Assembly: GCA_963732385.1 (NCBI GenBank)
Contig: CAVSZB010000007.1
Coordinates: 1,472,001-1,536,000 of the forward strand
Length of the DNA: 64,000 bases
Direction: 5' to 3'
DNA from: an uncultured bacterium
GTDB taxonomy: Bacteria > Krumholzibacteriota > Krumholzibacteriia > LZORAL124-64-63
Shown here: positions 39,650-50,395 of the stretch, piece by piece
How the letters are laid out: every line of letters begins with the position of its first letter
Position numbering within the stretch: the stretch's first letter is position 1
Translations under genes and position numbers: made by a program
The notes under the pieces: generated by a model
The model's database searches: none
Told to the model about the DNA's origin: nothing
Seen by the model: the letters and a program-made list of their open reading frames with translations, nothing else

Positions 39650-40780
39650 TCAGAATTCCAGCGAGGCGCCGGCCTGGACGAGCCAGCCCTGCCAGGTCCA
39701 GTAGAGATCGTTGGACGACTGGTCGGTCCACTCTGCGCCGGCGCGCAGCAACATTCCGGAGGCGCCCCCGGCGAGATTGATCCGCTTGTCCGCACCGATC
39801 CGGAAGCGGTTGGAAGTGTCGCACCGGTCTCCCGTCCCCAGCGCGAGCGATTCGTCGCCCGCGACCAGGAAGAGATTTGCGACCGTATCGTAGAGCAATG
39901 GCGGCCGCCCCGGGTAGGTCAGAAGGAGCCGCTCCCCTCCCAGTTCCGCCATGCAGTTCCACGGCAGAATCACCTTCAGGGCCGCGCCGAAGCGATCGCC
40001 GGCCGCCGAGAATTCGTCCAGCAGGGGATTCTCGAAGGCAGCCAGCTCCCGCGCGGAATCGGTGCTCTCGAACAGCTTCGAGTGCGACCACCAGGCGCGG
40101 AAAGCGAAACGGGCAGAGAGGGACTGCGCCCCCTGCAGGCCACCCTCCCAGAGCGCCGCGCGCGGCAGCGCCCCCTCGGCATCGCGCTCGCCCGAGGCAT
40201 ACCGCTTCCAGCCGACGCGCCCCGTGAGCGAGAGACTGGTACGCGACGGCAGCGAGCGGCTCAGCCGCGCGCTCACCCACCCCTTCAGGGCGTCCTCGAG
40301 CGGCGCTTCCGGATAGAGCCGCTTCAGCAGATCGGTCCGCATCTCGAGGCTGAAAGCGCGGGTGAAATACCGTTTGGCCGAGGCATAGCCGCCCCCCTCG
40401 CGGTAGTCGTAGATCGCATAGAGATCGCCGTTGTGACGCAGGCTCCCGCTGGCCCCCGCGAGGTATTGGTGCCGGCGACCCGGACTGGATCCCTGCAGGA
40501 TCAGACCGCCGCTCAGATAGCCATGATCCAGCGTGGGGTTCTCGAAGAAGCGCACCAGCCGACCGGAAGCCTCAAAACGCAGCGACGAAATCGGCGTACA
40601 GCCGACCCAGGCCCGCCCGTCGATAATTCCGTCCGACGGAGAGGATTCCGTGCCAAACACGTTCGCCGCGTAGATCTGTTCCGCGCTCAGGCCGGTATTC
40701 CAGATGCCGTCACCAGCGTATGCCGTCGGCGCGATCGCGAGGAGGCCGATCAGGACGAGCGAGGCAGGGAGTCGCTTCAC
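39650..40780 (-). CDS. Putative outer-membrane beta-barrel protein
   Basis: Signal peptide; amphipathic strands; C-terminal 'AGASLEF'; GTGA overlap with upstream gene. Confidence 0.65.
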   Translation of the reverse strand: MKRLPASLVLIGLLAIAPTAYAGDGIWNTGLSAEQIYAANVFGTESSPSDGIIDGRAWVGCTPISSLRFEASGRLVRFFENPTLDHGYLSGGLILQGSSPGRRHQYLAGASGSLRHNGDLYAIYDYREGGGYASAKRYFTRAFSLEMRTDLLKRLYPEAPLEDALKGWVSARLSRSLPSRTSLSLTGRVGWKRYASGERDAEGALPRAALWEGGLQGAQSLSARFAFRAWWSHSKLFESTDSARELAAFENPLLDEFSAAGDRFGAALKVILPWNCMAELGGERLLLTYPGRPPLLYDTVANLFLVAGDESLALGTGDRCDTSNRFRIGADKRINLAGGASGMLLRAGAEWTDQSSNDLYWTWQGWLVQAGASLEF

Positions 40781-41484
40781 TGCAGCCCCCAGCCTCCCGG
40801 GCCACCAGGACTGCCCAAGCCACCGCCCGCGCCGCCGGTACCCTGACTGCCCTGGCCGGTCTGCGCCTGGTAGTGGCGGAAACCGCCATCCTGAAACCAG
40901 CAGCCATCGGCCAGACCGTCACCGTCGCGATCGATGAAACGGTCTTCACGGCCCCCGCGCCCGGCTCCGGCGGGCCGATCAGGGAAACCGTCGCCATCCT
41001 CATCCACCCACACCGCCCCGCCCGAACCTTCCCGCACGAAACCGAACTGTTCGCCGTGCAACTCCGACGCTGTATACTTCAGGCCGGTCACGTCGTTGTG
41101 CTGGTCTCCATCTGCGTCAAGCACGTCGGCGGGACGGCTCTCGCCCTTGCGGGCCAGATCATTCACACCATCGCCGTCGGCATCGCGGAACAGATCGTTG
41201 AGGCGGTCCTTGTCCCGATCGGCCCAGGCGAAATGATGGGCGTAGGCCAGACCATTGACATCGTTAATGCCGTCGCCGTCGGCGTCGCGGAAGCGGTCGT
41301 GGCGACCGTCCGCGTCAACATCCACCCAGCCTGGCGTAACGACCGGAGGGCCGGCCGAATCGGCGGCCGCCGCGCTCTGTGCCGCCGCGCGGGCTTCGCC
41401 GCCGGACAGAGCAAGCGCGCCCGCCAACAGCCCACAGACCAATGCAGCGGCGCCTGCCTGGTGCCCGAGAGAGCGGGTAATCAT
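40777..41484 (-). CDS. Secreted protein with seven DxDxDG-type Ca2+-binding-like motifs and Gly-rich tail
   Basis: ATG after AAGGACGGAG; motifs DVDADG, DADGDG (x2), DRDKDR, DADGDQ, DEDGDG, DRDGDG. Confidence 0.75.
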   Translation of the reverse strand: MITRSLGHQAGAAALVCGLLAGALALSGGEARAAAQSAAAADSAGPPVVTPGWVDVDADGRHDRFRDADGDGINDVNGLAYAHHFAWADRDKDRLNDLFRDADGDGVNDLARKGESRPADVLDADGDQHNDVTGLKYTASELHGEQFGFVREGSGGAVWVDEDGDGFPDRPAGAGRGGREDRFIDRDGDGLADGCWFQDGGFRHYQAQTGQGSQGTGGAGGGLGSPGGPGGWGLQ

Positions 41485-41650
41485 ATTGCTCCGTCCTTTC
41501 GGTCCCCCCGCAAACCACTCCCTAGATACGGTGAACGGGGGGGCCTCGCCTCCCCCCCGTCCCCCTAGTGGAACTTCCATCGGCAGAAATGGTGTCATTC
41601 TCCGCCGATTTTCGCTCCTGGTCCCCGGCCAAGGGACCGCTGGAGGACAT

Positions 41651-41666
41651 AGCAAAAGATCGGCCA
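41651..41666 (-). promoter_or_regulatory. Sigma54 promoter for the DxDxDG protein/beta-barrel operon
   Basis: Minus strand TGGCCGATCTTTTGCT (GG-N10-GC). Confidence 0.7.
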
Positions 41667-41751
41667 GTATCCAGAAAGAATCCAAACGCGCGTAAGCGCT
41701 TATTCTACAACAAACTAATCTCAGGAACCGCGCGAAAAACCCCGCTTGTCG

Positions 41752-41787
41752 CCGTCCGGATTCGACGATACTGTCGAGCGTTTCGAC
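41752..41787 (-). promoter_or_regulatory. Putative enhancer (UAS): palindrome plus half site
   Basis: Minus strand GTCGAAACGCTCGAC-N6-GTCGAATC; same layout as 45066-45101. Confidence 0.65.
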
Positions 41788-41809
41788 GTAAAGGGCGAGC
41801 CCGTGGCCC

Positions 41810-43173
<1,364 letters not shown>

Positions 43174-43177
<4 letters not shown>

Positions 43178-44907
43178 GCCGCCCCTTTGCCCGCGCTCCC
43201 GGACGGGAATTCCAGAATAAAGGTGGTGCCGCGCCCCAGTTCGCTCTCGACCTGCACCCGCCCGCAGTGCTGCGCCGCCACCTGGTCCACGATGGCCAGG
43301 CCGACGCCGGTGCCGGCCGGTTTCGTTGTATGATAGAGGTTGAAGATGCGCGGCAGCTCCGCGGGGGCGATGCCGGAACCGGTGTCGCTCACGATCAGGC
43401 GGACGGTCGCCTCGGCGGCCCGTAGCGCCACTGTCACCCGGGCGCCGTCGGCGCACGCGTCCAGCGCGTTGTCGAGCAGATTGTGCAGCGCCTGCCGCAT
43501 CAGGTCGGCGTCGACCGGGACGACCAGACGCTCCGGCAGGTCCGCCGCCAGGACGACGCCCTGCGCCTCGAACCGCCCGCGCACCAGCGTCACGACCTCG
43601 CGCACCACGGCCGCGAGGTCCGCCTCGCGCAACTGCGGCGAGGCGGGCCGCGCGAAGGCCAGGAACTGCTGCACGATGCGGTTGAGGCGGCCGACCTCGT
43701 CGCGTACGGTGTCGGTTAGCCGGAGATACTCCTCGCGGCCGGCCTCCGGCGTGAATTCCCGGCCGAGCCGCTGGGCGATCATGTGGATGGCGTTGAGCGG
43801 GTTGCGAATTTCGTGCGCCACTCCCGACGCCATCTCTCCGAGCGCCACGCTCCGCTCGTGCCGTGACCGCTCCGCTTCAAGGGCGGTAACTTCCCGCCGC
43901 GCCTGCGCCCACGCCGCCTGGGCCACGACCAGCCGGCGGCTCGCGATCAGGAGGGCCGCACCGGCGGCGAGGGTCGCCAGCAGCAGCAGGGAGTGGAGCC
44001 CGATGCTGCGGGCGATCTCACGCTGGCGGCGGTGCACCTCGCTGAGATCGACGGCGGCCCGCAGCAGGCTGACCGGCCGCCCGGCGACCTCGAGCCGCGT
44101 CACCTGTTCCAGCACCCGTCGCCCGCCGAAATCCACCTCCCGGCTCGCCGGCTCGCCCGTGGCGAGCACGGACTGCAGCAGCGGATCGCCGGCCACCGAC
44201 GAAAGACTGTCCACGTTCGCGGTGGCCGAGAGGATGCCGTTGGCGTCCTGCAGCGCGAGGTAGGCGCTGCCGGCCCGCTGCCCCAGCGCCCGCAGGAGCC
44301 GGCCGGGACCGATGCGCCGGCGCTCCGCGGCGAGAGCCTCCGCGTCGAGACCGGCGCAGACGATCCCGCCGTCGGCACGCCGTATCGCGCCGATCAGGCG
44401 GTAGCCACCGCTGCCGTCCTCCGACGGCGCCCGCAACACCCGCGATTCTCCCGGTCCCAGTTCGAACACGCCGGCCTCCTCCAGGTCGCGCCAGCACGCG
44501 ATCTCGCCGTGCGTGCCGGACGGATGCGTGGAGGCGGCGAGCACTTGCCGGTCGGACAGGCGCACCGTCAGGCAGGCGAGCTCGTTGGCGCGGCCGATGC
44601 TGTCGAGCAGCGCCTGCGTGTGCGGGCCGTGACGCGCCAGCTGGTCCACAAGCGCCGCCAGAGCGAGCAACCGCAATCCCGCCTGGGTCTCCCACGCCTC
44701 GAAGGTGGAGAGGGCGTGGCTCTGGCTTTCGCTCACGACCTGCCTCACCTGCTCCGCGTGCCCGACGGTCAGCGCGGTGAGCGCCGAGCGGGCGGAGTGG
44801 ATCTCGCCGGCCGTGGCGACCACGAAGACCACCCCCGCGACGCTCAGCATGGACACGACAAAAGGCGCGCGCAGATACCACGGACGGATGCTGCTGATTT
44901 CGGGCAC
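43174..44907 (-). CDS. Sensor histidine kinase, cognate to the NtrC-family regulator
   Basis: Two TM helices; 'AHEIRNPLN', 'NLLDNA', 'DTGSGI', 'GTGVGLAI'; ATGA overlap with regulator. Confidence 0.92.
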
Positions 44908-45065
44908 TGCTGGTCGCCCCCCGTGTGACGTCTCTGACGAGAATCAGCCGCCGCCGCCGCAGACAGCGAAGACGCCGGCCTACGCCATGATGAACCATGA
45001 GGCGGCCGGACACAAGGGGCGCCGGGCCGCGGGGCGCTTCGAGGCCGGCCCCGTGCGCCGGGAAG

Positions 45066-45101
45066 GTCGAGTTTTTCGACGGGACCGTCGAGTCGGCGGC
45101 C
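45066..45101 (+). promoter_or_regulatory. Putative enhancer (UAS): palindrome plus half site
   Basis: GTCGAGTTTTTCGAC-N6-GTCGAGTC; same layout as 41752-41787. Confidence 0.65.
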
Positions 45102-45189
45102 GTCGCGACGCACGCCGCCGCCGCGCGTTTCTCCGTCAGCGTTTTGTCGGACAAGAGGTTGTCCCGATCGCGGTACCGGTGCGCGCCAT

Positions 45190-45205
45190 TGGTCCGCTTA
45201 ATGCT
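45190..45205 (+). promoter_or_regulatory. Sigma54 promoter for the 45283 gene
   Basis: TGGTCCGCTTAATGCT (GG-N10-GC), 77 nt before the ATG. Confidence 0.65.
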
Positions 45206-45282
45206 TTTAGCCCGACCACGCAGCCTCGCCCAGGCTCAGGAACTGGCGGAAATTCCGCCGACAGAGCACAAGGAGCAGCATC

Positions 45283-45738
45283 ATGAAGCAGTCTTTCGCC
45301 CCACTCACTCTCGTAACCCTGGCAATCGTCGCGCTGGTCGCCCTGAACGTTCCGGCCCCTGCAATGGCGCAGGGCGTTGGCTTCACGGTCGGCGGCTTCG
45401 TTGACGAAAACGGCGACGGTTACAACGATCTCGCGCCCGACGCCGACGGCGACGGCATCCCCAACGGTCTCGATGAAGACTACGTCCGCCCGCTCGACGG
45501 CACCGGTGAGCGCTTCGGCGCCATCGCCGCCGGCGAGTATCTGGGAGCCCAGACCGCAGCCATGAAGTTCCAGTACATGAACAAGTTCCTCAATATGTGG
45601 CAGCGGATGTTCGGCCAGAACTCGGTCAGCCTGACCGGCTACGGCCCCGGCGACGGCACCGGCAACGACGGCGTCGGCCCCGGCGACGGCACCGGCTACG
45701 GTCGGCTGGGTGGCCTGCGTCAGCGCGGTCATATCTAG
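45283..45738 (+). CDS. Small secreted protein with DxDxDG motifs and GPGDGTG repeats
   Basis: RBS AAGGAG; signal peptide; 'FVDENGDGYND', 'DADGDGIPNG'; 'GPGDGTG' twice. Confidence 0.75.
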   Translation: MKQSFAPLTLVTLAIVALVALNVPAPAMAQGVGFTVGGFVDENGDGYNDLAPDADGDGIPNGLDEDYVRPLDGTGERFGAIAAGEYLGAQTAAMKFQYMNKFLNMWQRMFGQNSVSLTGYGPGDGTGNDGVGPGDGTGYGRLGGLRQRGHI

Positions 45739-45855
45739 ATAATTTCATTATCCGGGTCGCCGCAGGGAATTTGGTCCCCCCAATCCCGCGGCTGACCCGC
45801 CAAGGCGGGGCGGAGCGCGCGCAGGCGCTCCGCCTCGCCTGCATTTGGGAAGGTG

Positions 45856-47040
45856 TCAGTCGAGGCGCTTCAGGATGTGATACCCGTTGTCGCGCACGGC
45901 CGGCCGGAACCCGGCGCCGCGCGCCATCGCGTTCAGGTCGTCAGGCGTGAGGCAGTGGATCGTGCCGGCCGCCGAAACGACGCTCTCCTCCATCATCGTG
46001 CTGCCGAGGTCGTTGGCGCCGAAGTGGAGAGAGAGCTGCCCGATCGCCTTCCCCTGCGTCACCCACGACGCCTGCACGTTGCGGAAGTTGTCGAGCGCAA
46101 TGCGCGCGATCGCCAGCGTGCGCAGGTAGTCGAGCGAGCCCTGGTAGCCGCGCGACCGCACCTGGTCCATCAGGTCGGGGTGCGCGTGCAGCGGCGTGTG
46201 GTCGGGCTGGAAGGTCCAGGAGATGAACGCATTGTAGCCGCCGGTGCGGTCCTGGCTCTCCCGCGCGCGCAGCAGGTGCTCCACCCGCTCGGCCAGCGTC
46301 TCGAGGTGCTGGAACATCATGGTGACGGTGCTGCGCAGCCCCTCGGCGTGCGCCTCCTCCATGATGCCGATCCACTCGGCGGCAGTGGTCTTGCGCGGCG
46401 CCAGCAGGCCACGCACGCGGTCGCTCAGAATCTCGGCGCCGCCGCCGGGTATCGAATCGAGGCCGGCCGCCCTGAGCCGCGCGAGCACCTCGCGCGTGGC
46501 CAGCCTGGACACCTTCGCGAAGTGCTTGATCTCCGACGGCGAGAAGCCGTGGATCCACAGCGCGGGGAAGCTCCTTTTCAGATCGGCCAGCATCGCCTCG
46601 TAGTCTTCGATCTTCAGGCGCGGGTGATGCCCCCCCTGCAGGAGGATCTGGTTGCCACCCGCCGCCACCACCGAGGCGACCTTGGCGTGGATCTCCTCAC
46701 GCGACAGCAGGATGACATCGGCGTCGCCGTCGTGCCGGCTGAACGCACAGAACAGGCAGTCGGTGTAGCAGAGGTTGGTGTAGGTGACGTTGCGGTCGAT
46801 CACATAGGTGACGATTTCGGGGTCGGCGCGCCGCAGACGCAGCGCATGCGCGACGCGGCCGAGGTCGTGCAGCGACGCCTCCTCGAACAGCAGCAGCAGC
46901 TCGCCGCCGGTCAGCCGCCGCTCGCCGGCCTCCGCCAGGATGGCCTGCGCCTCGGACGATGACACGGCGGCCACCGTGCCGGCGACCTCGGGCTGAAAAG
47001 CGGCGCGCGGGGCATCGCCCGCGGGGTCGGTCGGGATCAT
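45856..47040 (-). CDS. mqnC: Cyclic dehypoxanthine futalosine synthase (radical SAM)
   Basis: 'YVIDRNVTYTNLCYTDCLFCAF', 'LQGGHHP', 'SIPGGGAEIL', 'QASWVTQG', 'GANDLGSTMMEE'; adjacent to mqnA. Confidence 0.88.
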   Translation of the reverse strand: MIPTDPAGDAPRAAFQPEVAGTVAAVSSSEAQAILAEAGERRLTGGELLLLFEEASLHDLGRVAHALRLRRADPEIVTYVIDRNVTYTNLCYTDCLFCAFSRHDGDADVILLSREEIHAKVASVVAAGGNQILLQGGHHPRLKIEDYEAMLADLKRSFPALWIHGFSPSEIKHFAKVSRLATREVLARLRAAGLDSIPGGGAEILSDRVRGLLAPRKTTAAEWIGIMEEAHAEGLRSTVTMMFQHLETLAERVEHLLRARESQDRTGGYNAFISWTFQPDHTPLHAHPDLMDQVRSRGYQGSLDYLRTLAIARIALDNFRNVQASWVTQGKAIGQLSLHFGANDLGSTMMEESVVSAAGTIHCLTPDDLNAMARGAGFRPAVRDNGYHILKRLD

Positions 47041-47042
47041 GG

Positions 47043-47930
47043 CTAGTCGCTCTCGACCGCCGCCGCCAGCGTCGGCGTCCGCCCCGGCGGGCAGATCGCG
47101 TGGCGGACACACAGCTCGTGGAAGCACAGCAGACCGGCCAGTTCCTTTTCGCCCAGCGTGAACAGCAGCGACCGCCGGAAGTAGCGCCGGATGGTGGCCG
47201 CGTTCGCCTCGCCCCCCGGCCCGAGCTGCCCCGCCGCGGCGGCCCGCTCCGCCAGGTCGTCGAGCCGCGCCAGCCCGGCATCGCGGGATTCGGTCAGCAG
47301 GCGGATCAGGCGCTCCTTGTCCGCGGGCGAGGCCGCCGCGTCGAACCCGCGTCCCAGCACCCAGGTCGCGAACACGAACGGCAGACCGGTCAGTTTCGCC
47401 CACGCCGCACCCAGGTCGAAGATCTGCACGCGGTCGTCCGCCTCGGACCGGAAACGCCGCTCGGCCTCGAAGCAGCGGTCGCCGATCACCAGCGCCGCCT
47501 CCTCGTCGCACAACAGCTCCCCGACCCGCACCTCGGCCGCGTGGAAATCGGGCCGCACCCCGTGCAACTCCGCCAGCAGGATGCGCAGCAGCGCCACCGA
47601 AGTGCGCGATCCCTTGTCCACGAGCACGCGACCGATCGCCGCCGGCGCCACCCGCGTGAACAGCTTCACGCTGTCGACCGGCCCCCGCGTGGCGATCGCC
47701 ATCCCCGGCACCATCTCCGCGCCGGTGCCACGGAAGAACTCGATCACCGGCAGCAACGCCACATCGGCCCGGTCCTCGTAGAGCAGGTCGGCAAGCCGGC
47801 TCGGCACGTCATAGGTCAGGGAGAACTCGCCGGCCCGCCCGGCCGCCGCGTCGGCCGCGACACGCTCCCGCAGACCGTCAACCAGGGGTTGTGAGTTGAG
47901 ATAGGAGATGGCGGCGATGCGGAAAGGCAT
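47043..47930 (-). CDS. mqnA: Chorismate dehydratase (futalosine pathway)
   Basis: 'ISYLNSQPL', 'GPVDSV', 'SRTSVAL', 'LVIGD', 'DLGAAWAKLTGLPFVFATW'. Confidence 0.92.
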   Translation of the reverse strand: MPFRIAAISYLNSQPLVDGLRERVAADAAAGRAGEFSLTYDVPSRLADLLYEDRADVALLPVIEFFRGTGAEMVPGMAIATRGPVDSVKLFTRVAPAAIGRVLVDKGSRTSVALLRILLAELHGVRPDFHAAEVRVGELLCDEEAALVIGDRCFEAERRFRSEADDRVQIFDLGAAWAKLTGLPFVFATWVLGRGFDAAASPADKERLIRLLTESRDAGLARLDDLAERAAAAGQLGPGGEANAATIRRYFRRSLLFTLGEKELAGLLCFHELCVRHAICPPGRTPTLAAAVESD

Positions 47931-48061
47931 GAGAAGGGACTCCAGAGGTGCGGGATCAGGGACCCTTACGGCTTGTCAAGCTTACCCGCCTACGCCGATC
48001 CGTGCAACCGCGAACAGTGCACAGGCCATCATCGCGCGTGGCAAAACGGGATTTGTTGTCG

Positions 48062-49156
48062 TCACCCGATCATCCGCCGGTACAGCGCCTCGGACTCCCC
48101 CACCATCCGAGCCAGCGAGAATTCGCGCACGATCCGCTCGCGTCCGAGCATGCCCATCCGCGCCGCAAGTCCGCGGTCGCACAGCAGGGAGCCGATCGCC
48201 GCCCCCAGAGTCTCCTCGTCGCTCTCGGGCACGATCAGCCCGGTGCGCCCGTGGTCGACGACTTCGCGGTTGCCGCCGCAATCGTTGGCCACGACCGGAA
48301 GGCCGAGCGCCATACCCTCAAGGATGGCGTTGGCGGTCCCCTCGCCATGCACCCGCGTGTTGCTGACTAGCACGCAAACGACGCTTCCGGCCAGCCACGG
48401 CTCGGGCGCCGTCGTATCGGTGACGAAATCCACGCTTGCGACCACGCCGAGCTCGCCCGCCAGCCGCCGGCACGCCGGCAATGTCTCATCGCCCCGCCCC
48501 ACAAGCACCAGCCGCGCCTCCGGCATCTGCCGCAGAACGCGCGGCCAGGCCCGGATGAGCGCCGCCTGGTCCTTGTTGGCGGTGAAATTCCCCACCATGC
48601 AGACTGCGGCGGGGCCGAGGTCGCGCGGCGTGACGTTGTCGAAACGCGTCAGGTCCACGCCATTGTGGATGACCTGCGCGCGCGGGTGGCCTTCGAGACC
48701 GAAAGCCCGCAGGCCGGCACGCGAGTTGGCCACGATGCGGTCGGACGCCAGCATGATCCGGCGGCTCAGCCGGTCCCGCGCAGTGAGCGCGGGGGGAGCC
48801 GAGCGGATCGCTCCGTTGAGCAGCGGCACGTGGAGACGCCGCGCCGCCCAGAGCCCCGCGAGACCGCCCATCCAGCCGAACGCGTGGATGAGCGCCACCC
48901 GATGCCGCCGCGCCAGCCGGGGCAGGACCGCAGCCGCCGACATGTCGTAGCGCCAGCGCCTCGCCAGCGGCAGCACCGCGTCGGCCAGCGCCACCGCCTC
49001 CGCTTCCCGCGACCCGCCGCGGTCAAGCACTCCGAAGACCGTCGCGAACCGGCCGCTCGCGCGCAGGCCCCGCAGCAGTTCCACGATCTGCCGTTCGAGG
49101 CCGCCGGCCACCATGGTGTCGGCCAGAATGAGGATCACGGGACGGTCGTCGTTCAT
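48062..49156 (-). CDS. Glycosyltransferase family 4
   Basis: 'GGLERQ', 'VIHNGVD', 'EGTANAILEGMALGLPVVA'. Confidence 0.9.
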   Translation of the reverse strand: MNDDRPVILILADTMVAGGLERQIVELLRGLRASGRFATVFGVLDRGGSREAEAVALADAVLPLARRWRYDMSAAAVLPRLARRHRVALIHAFGWMGGLAGLWAARRLHVPLLNGAIRSAPPALTARDRLSRRIMLASDRIVANSRAGLRAFGLEGHPRAQVIHNGVDLTRFDNVTPRDLGPAAVCMVGNFTANKDQAALIRAWPRVLRQMPEARLVLVGRGDETLPACRRLAGELGVVASVDFVTDTTAPEPWLAGSVVCVLVSNTRVHGEGTANAILEGMALGLPVVANDCGGNREVVDHGRTGLIVPESDEETLGAAIGSLLCDRGLAARMGMLGRERIVREFSLARMVGESEALYRRMIG

Positions 49157-49213
49157 GGCACCATCATGCGGCAGGCGCTGCCGCCAGAAAACCGCCATCT
49201 GAGGGGAGCCCGG

Positions 49214-50395
49214 TCAGGTGAGCAGCCGGGTGTAGAGCGCGCCTAGCTCGCGGTCGACCCGGGTGAAGGAGAAGTTCCGCCGCACGATCTCCAGACCGGC
49301 GGCGCCGTAGGCCGCGCGCCGCGCCGGATCCGCGAGCAGGGTGGCCATCGCCTGCGCCAGTTCCGCCGCGTCCCCCGGCTGGACGAGCAGCCCGCTGACC
49401 CCCTCTTCCACCACGTCGGCCACGCCCGCGATCTGCGTGGCCACCACCGGCAGCCCGCAGGCCATTGCCTCCAGGAGGGCCAGCGGCAACCCCTCCCAGA
49501 GCGATGGCAGCACGAAGAGGTCCGCGCCGAGCATCAGCTCCGGCAGATCTTGCACGACCCCCGACAGGATCACCTGGTCGCCGATGCCGAGCTCGTCCAC
49601 CCGCCGCTCGAGAAACGCGCGCAGCGGTCCCTCGCCCGCGATCATGACGCGCAGCCTCACGCCGCGACGACGCAGCAGCAGCACGGCGTCGAGCAGGCCG
49701 GGGAAATTCTTCGGCTCGGTCAGTCGACCGGCGGCCAGCACGAACGGGTCCTTTGCCGTCAGGCCGTAGCGGGCCCGCACCGCTGCGAGCAGCACCGGAT
49801 CGAGCGGCACGGGGATGTCCACCCCGTTGGAGACCACGACGATCCGCCCGGCCCCGGCGGTCCCCGCGAACTCGATCAGCGACCGGCGCACTTCCTCCGA
49901 CACCGCCACGACCGCTTCGCACCGCGCCAGAAGCTGCCGGTACGCCCAGCGCCGCAGACGGCGCTTGAACGTCTCGCCGGTTTCCTTGTAGCGGGCCTCG
50001 CGCGTGCTGTGGACGGTCGGCAGCACGACGCAGTCGTGGCGCCAGGCCAGCAGCAGCCCCCAGAAGTTGGCGCCCGGCAGGTGGGTCTGCAGGAGATCGA
50101 TGCCATCCCGTGCGATATGAGCGCGCAGGAGTTGATAACCGCGCCACACGGACACGACGAACGCGAGCGGATTGTCGATCGACGCGCGCGCATATTCCAG
50201 ATAGCGCACGCGCACCTCCGGCGCGATGCGCGGCGTCAACTCGCCGGGACCGGCCAGCACATAGAGATAGGAAACATCGCCGGCCGCGGCGCGCGCGTTG
50301 GCGATCTGGACCGCCAGACGCTCCGCGCCGCCCATGCCGAGCGACTCGACAAGCTGGGCGATGTGCCGTCGGGGGGATATTCTAGGGCTCTCCAT
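49214..50395 (-). CDS. Glycosyltransferase family 4
   Basis: 'GGAER', 'GRLTEPKN', 'PSLWEGLPLALLEAMACGLPVVAT'. Confidence 0.92.
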   Translation of the reverse strand: MESPRISPRRHIAQLVESLGMGGAERLAVQIANARAAAGDVSYLYVLAGPGELTPRIAPEVRVRYLEYARASIDNPLAFVVSVWRGYQLLRAHIARDGIDLLQTHLPGANFWGLLLAWRHDCVVLPTVHSTREARYKETGETFKRRLRRWAYRQLLARCEAVVAVSEEVRRSLIEFAGTAGAGRIVVVSNGVDIPVPLDPVLLAAVRARYGLTAKDPFVLAAGRLTEPKNFPGLLDAVLLLRRRGVRLRVMIAGEGPLRAFLERRVDELGIGDQVILSGVVQDLPELMLGADLFVLPSLWEGLPLALLEAMACGLPVVATQIAGVADVVEEGVSGLLVQPGDAAELAQAMATLLADPARRAAYGAAGLEIVRRNFSFTRVDRELGALYTRLLT

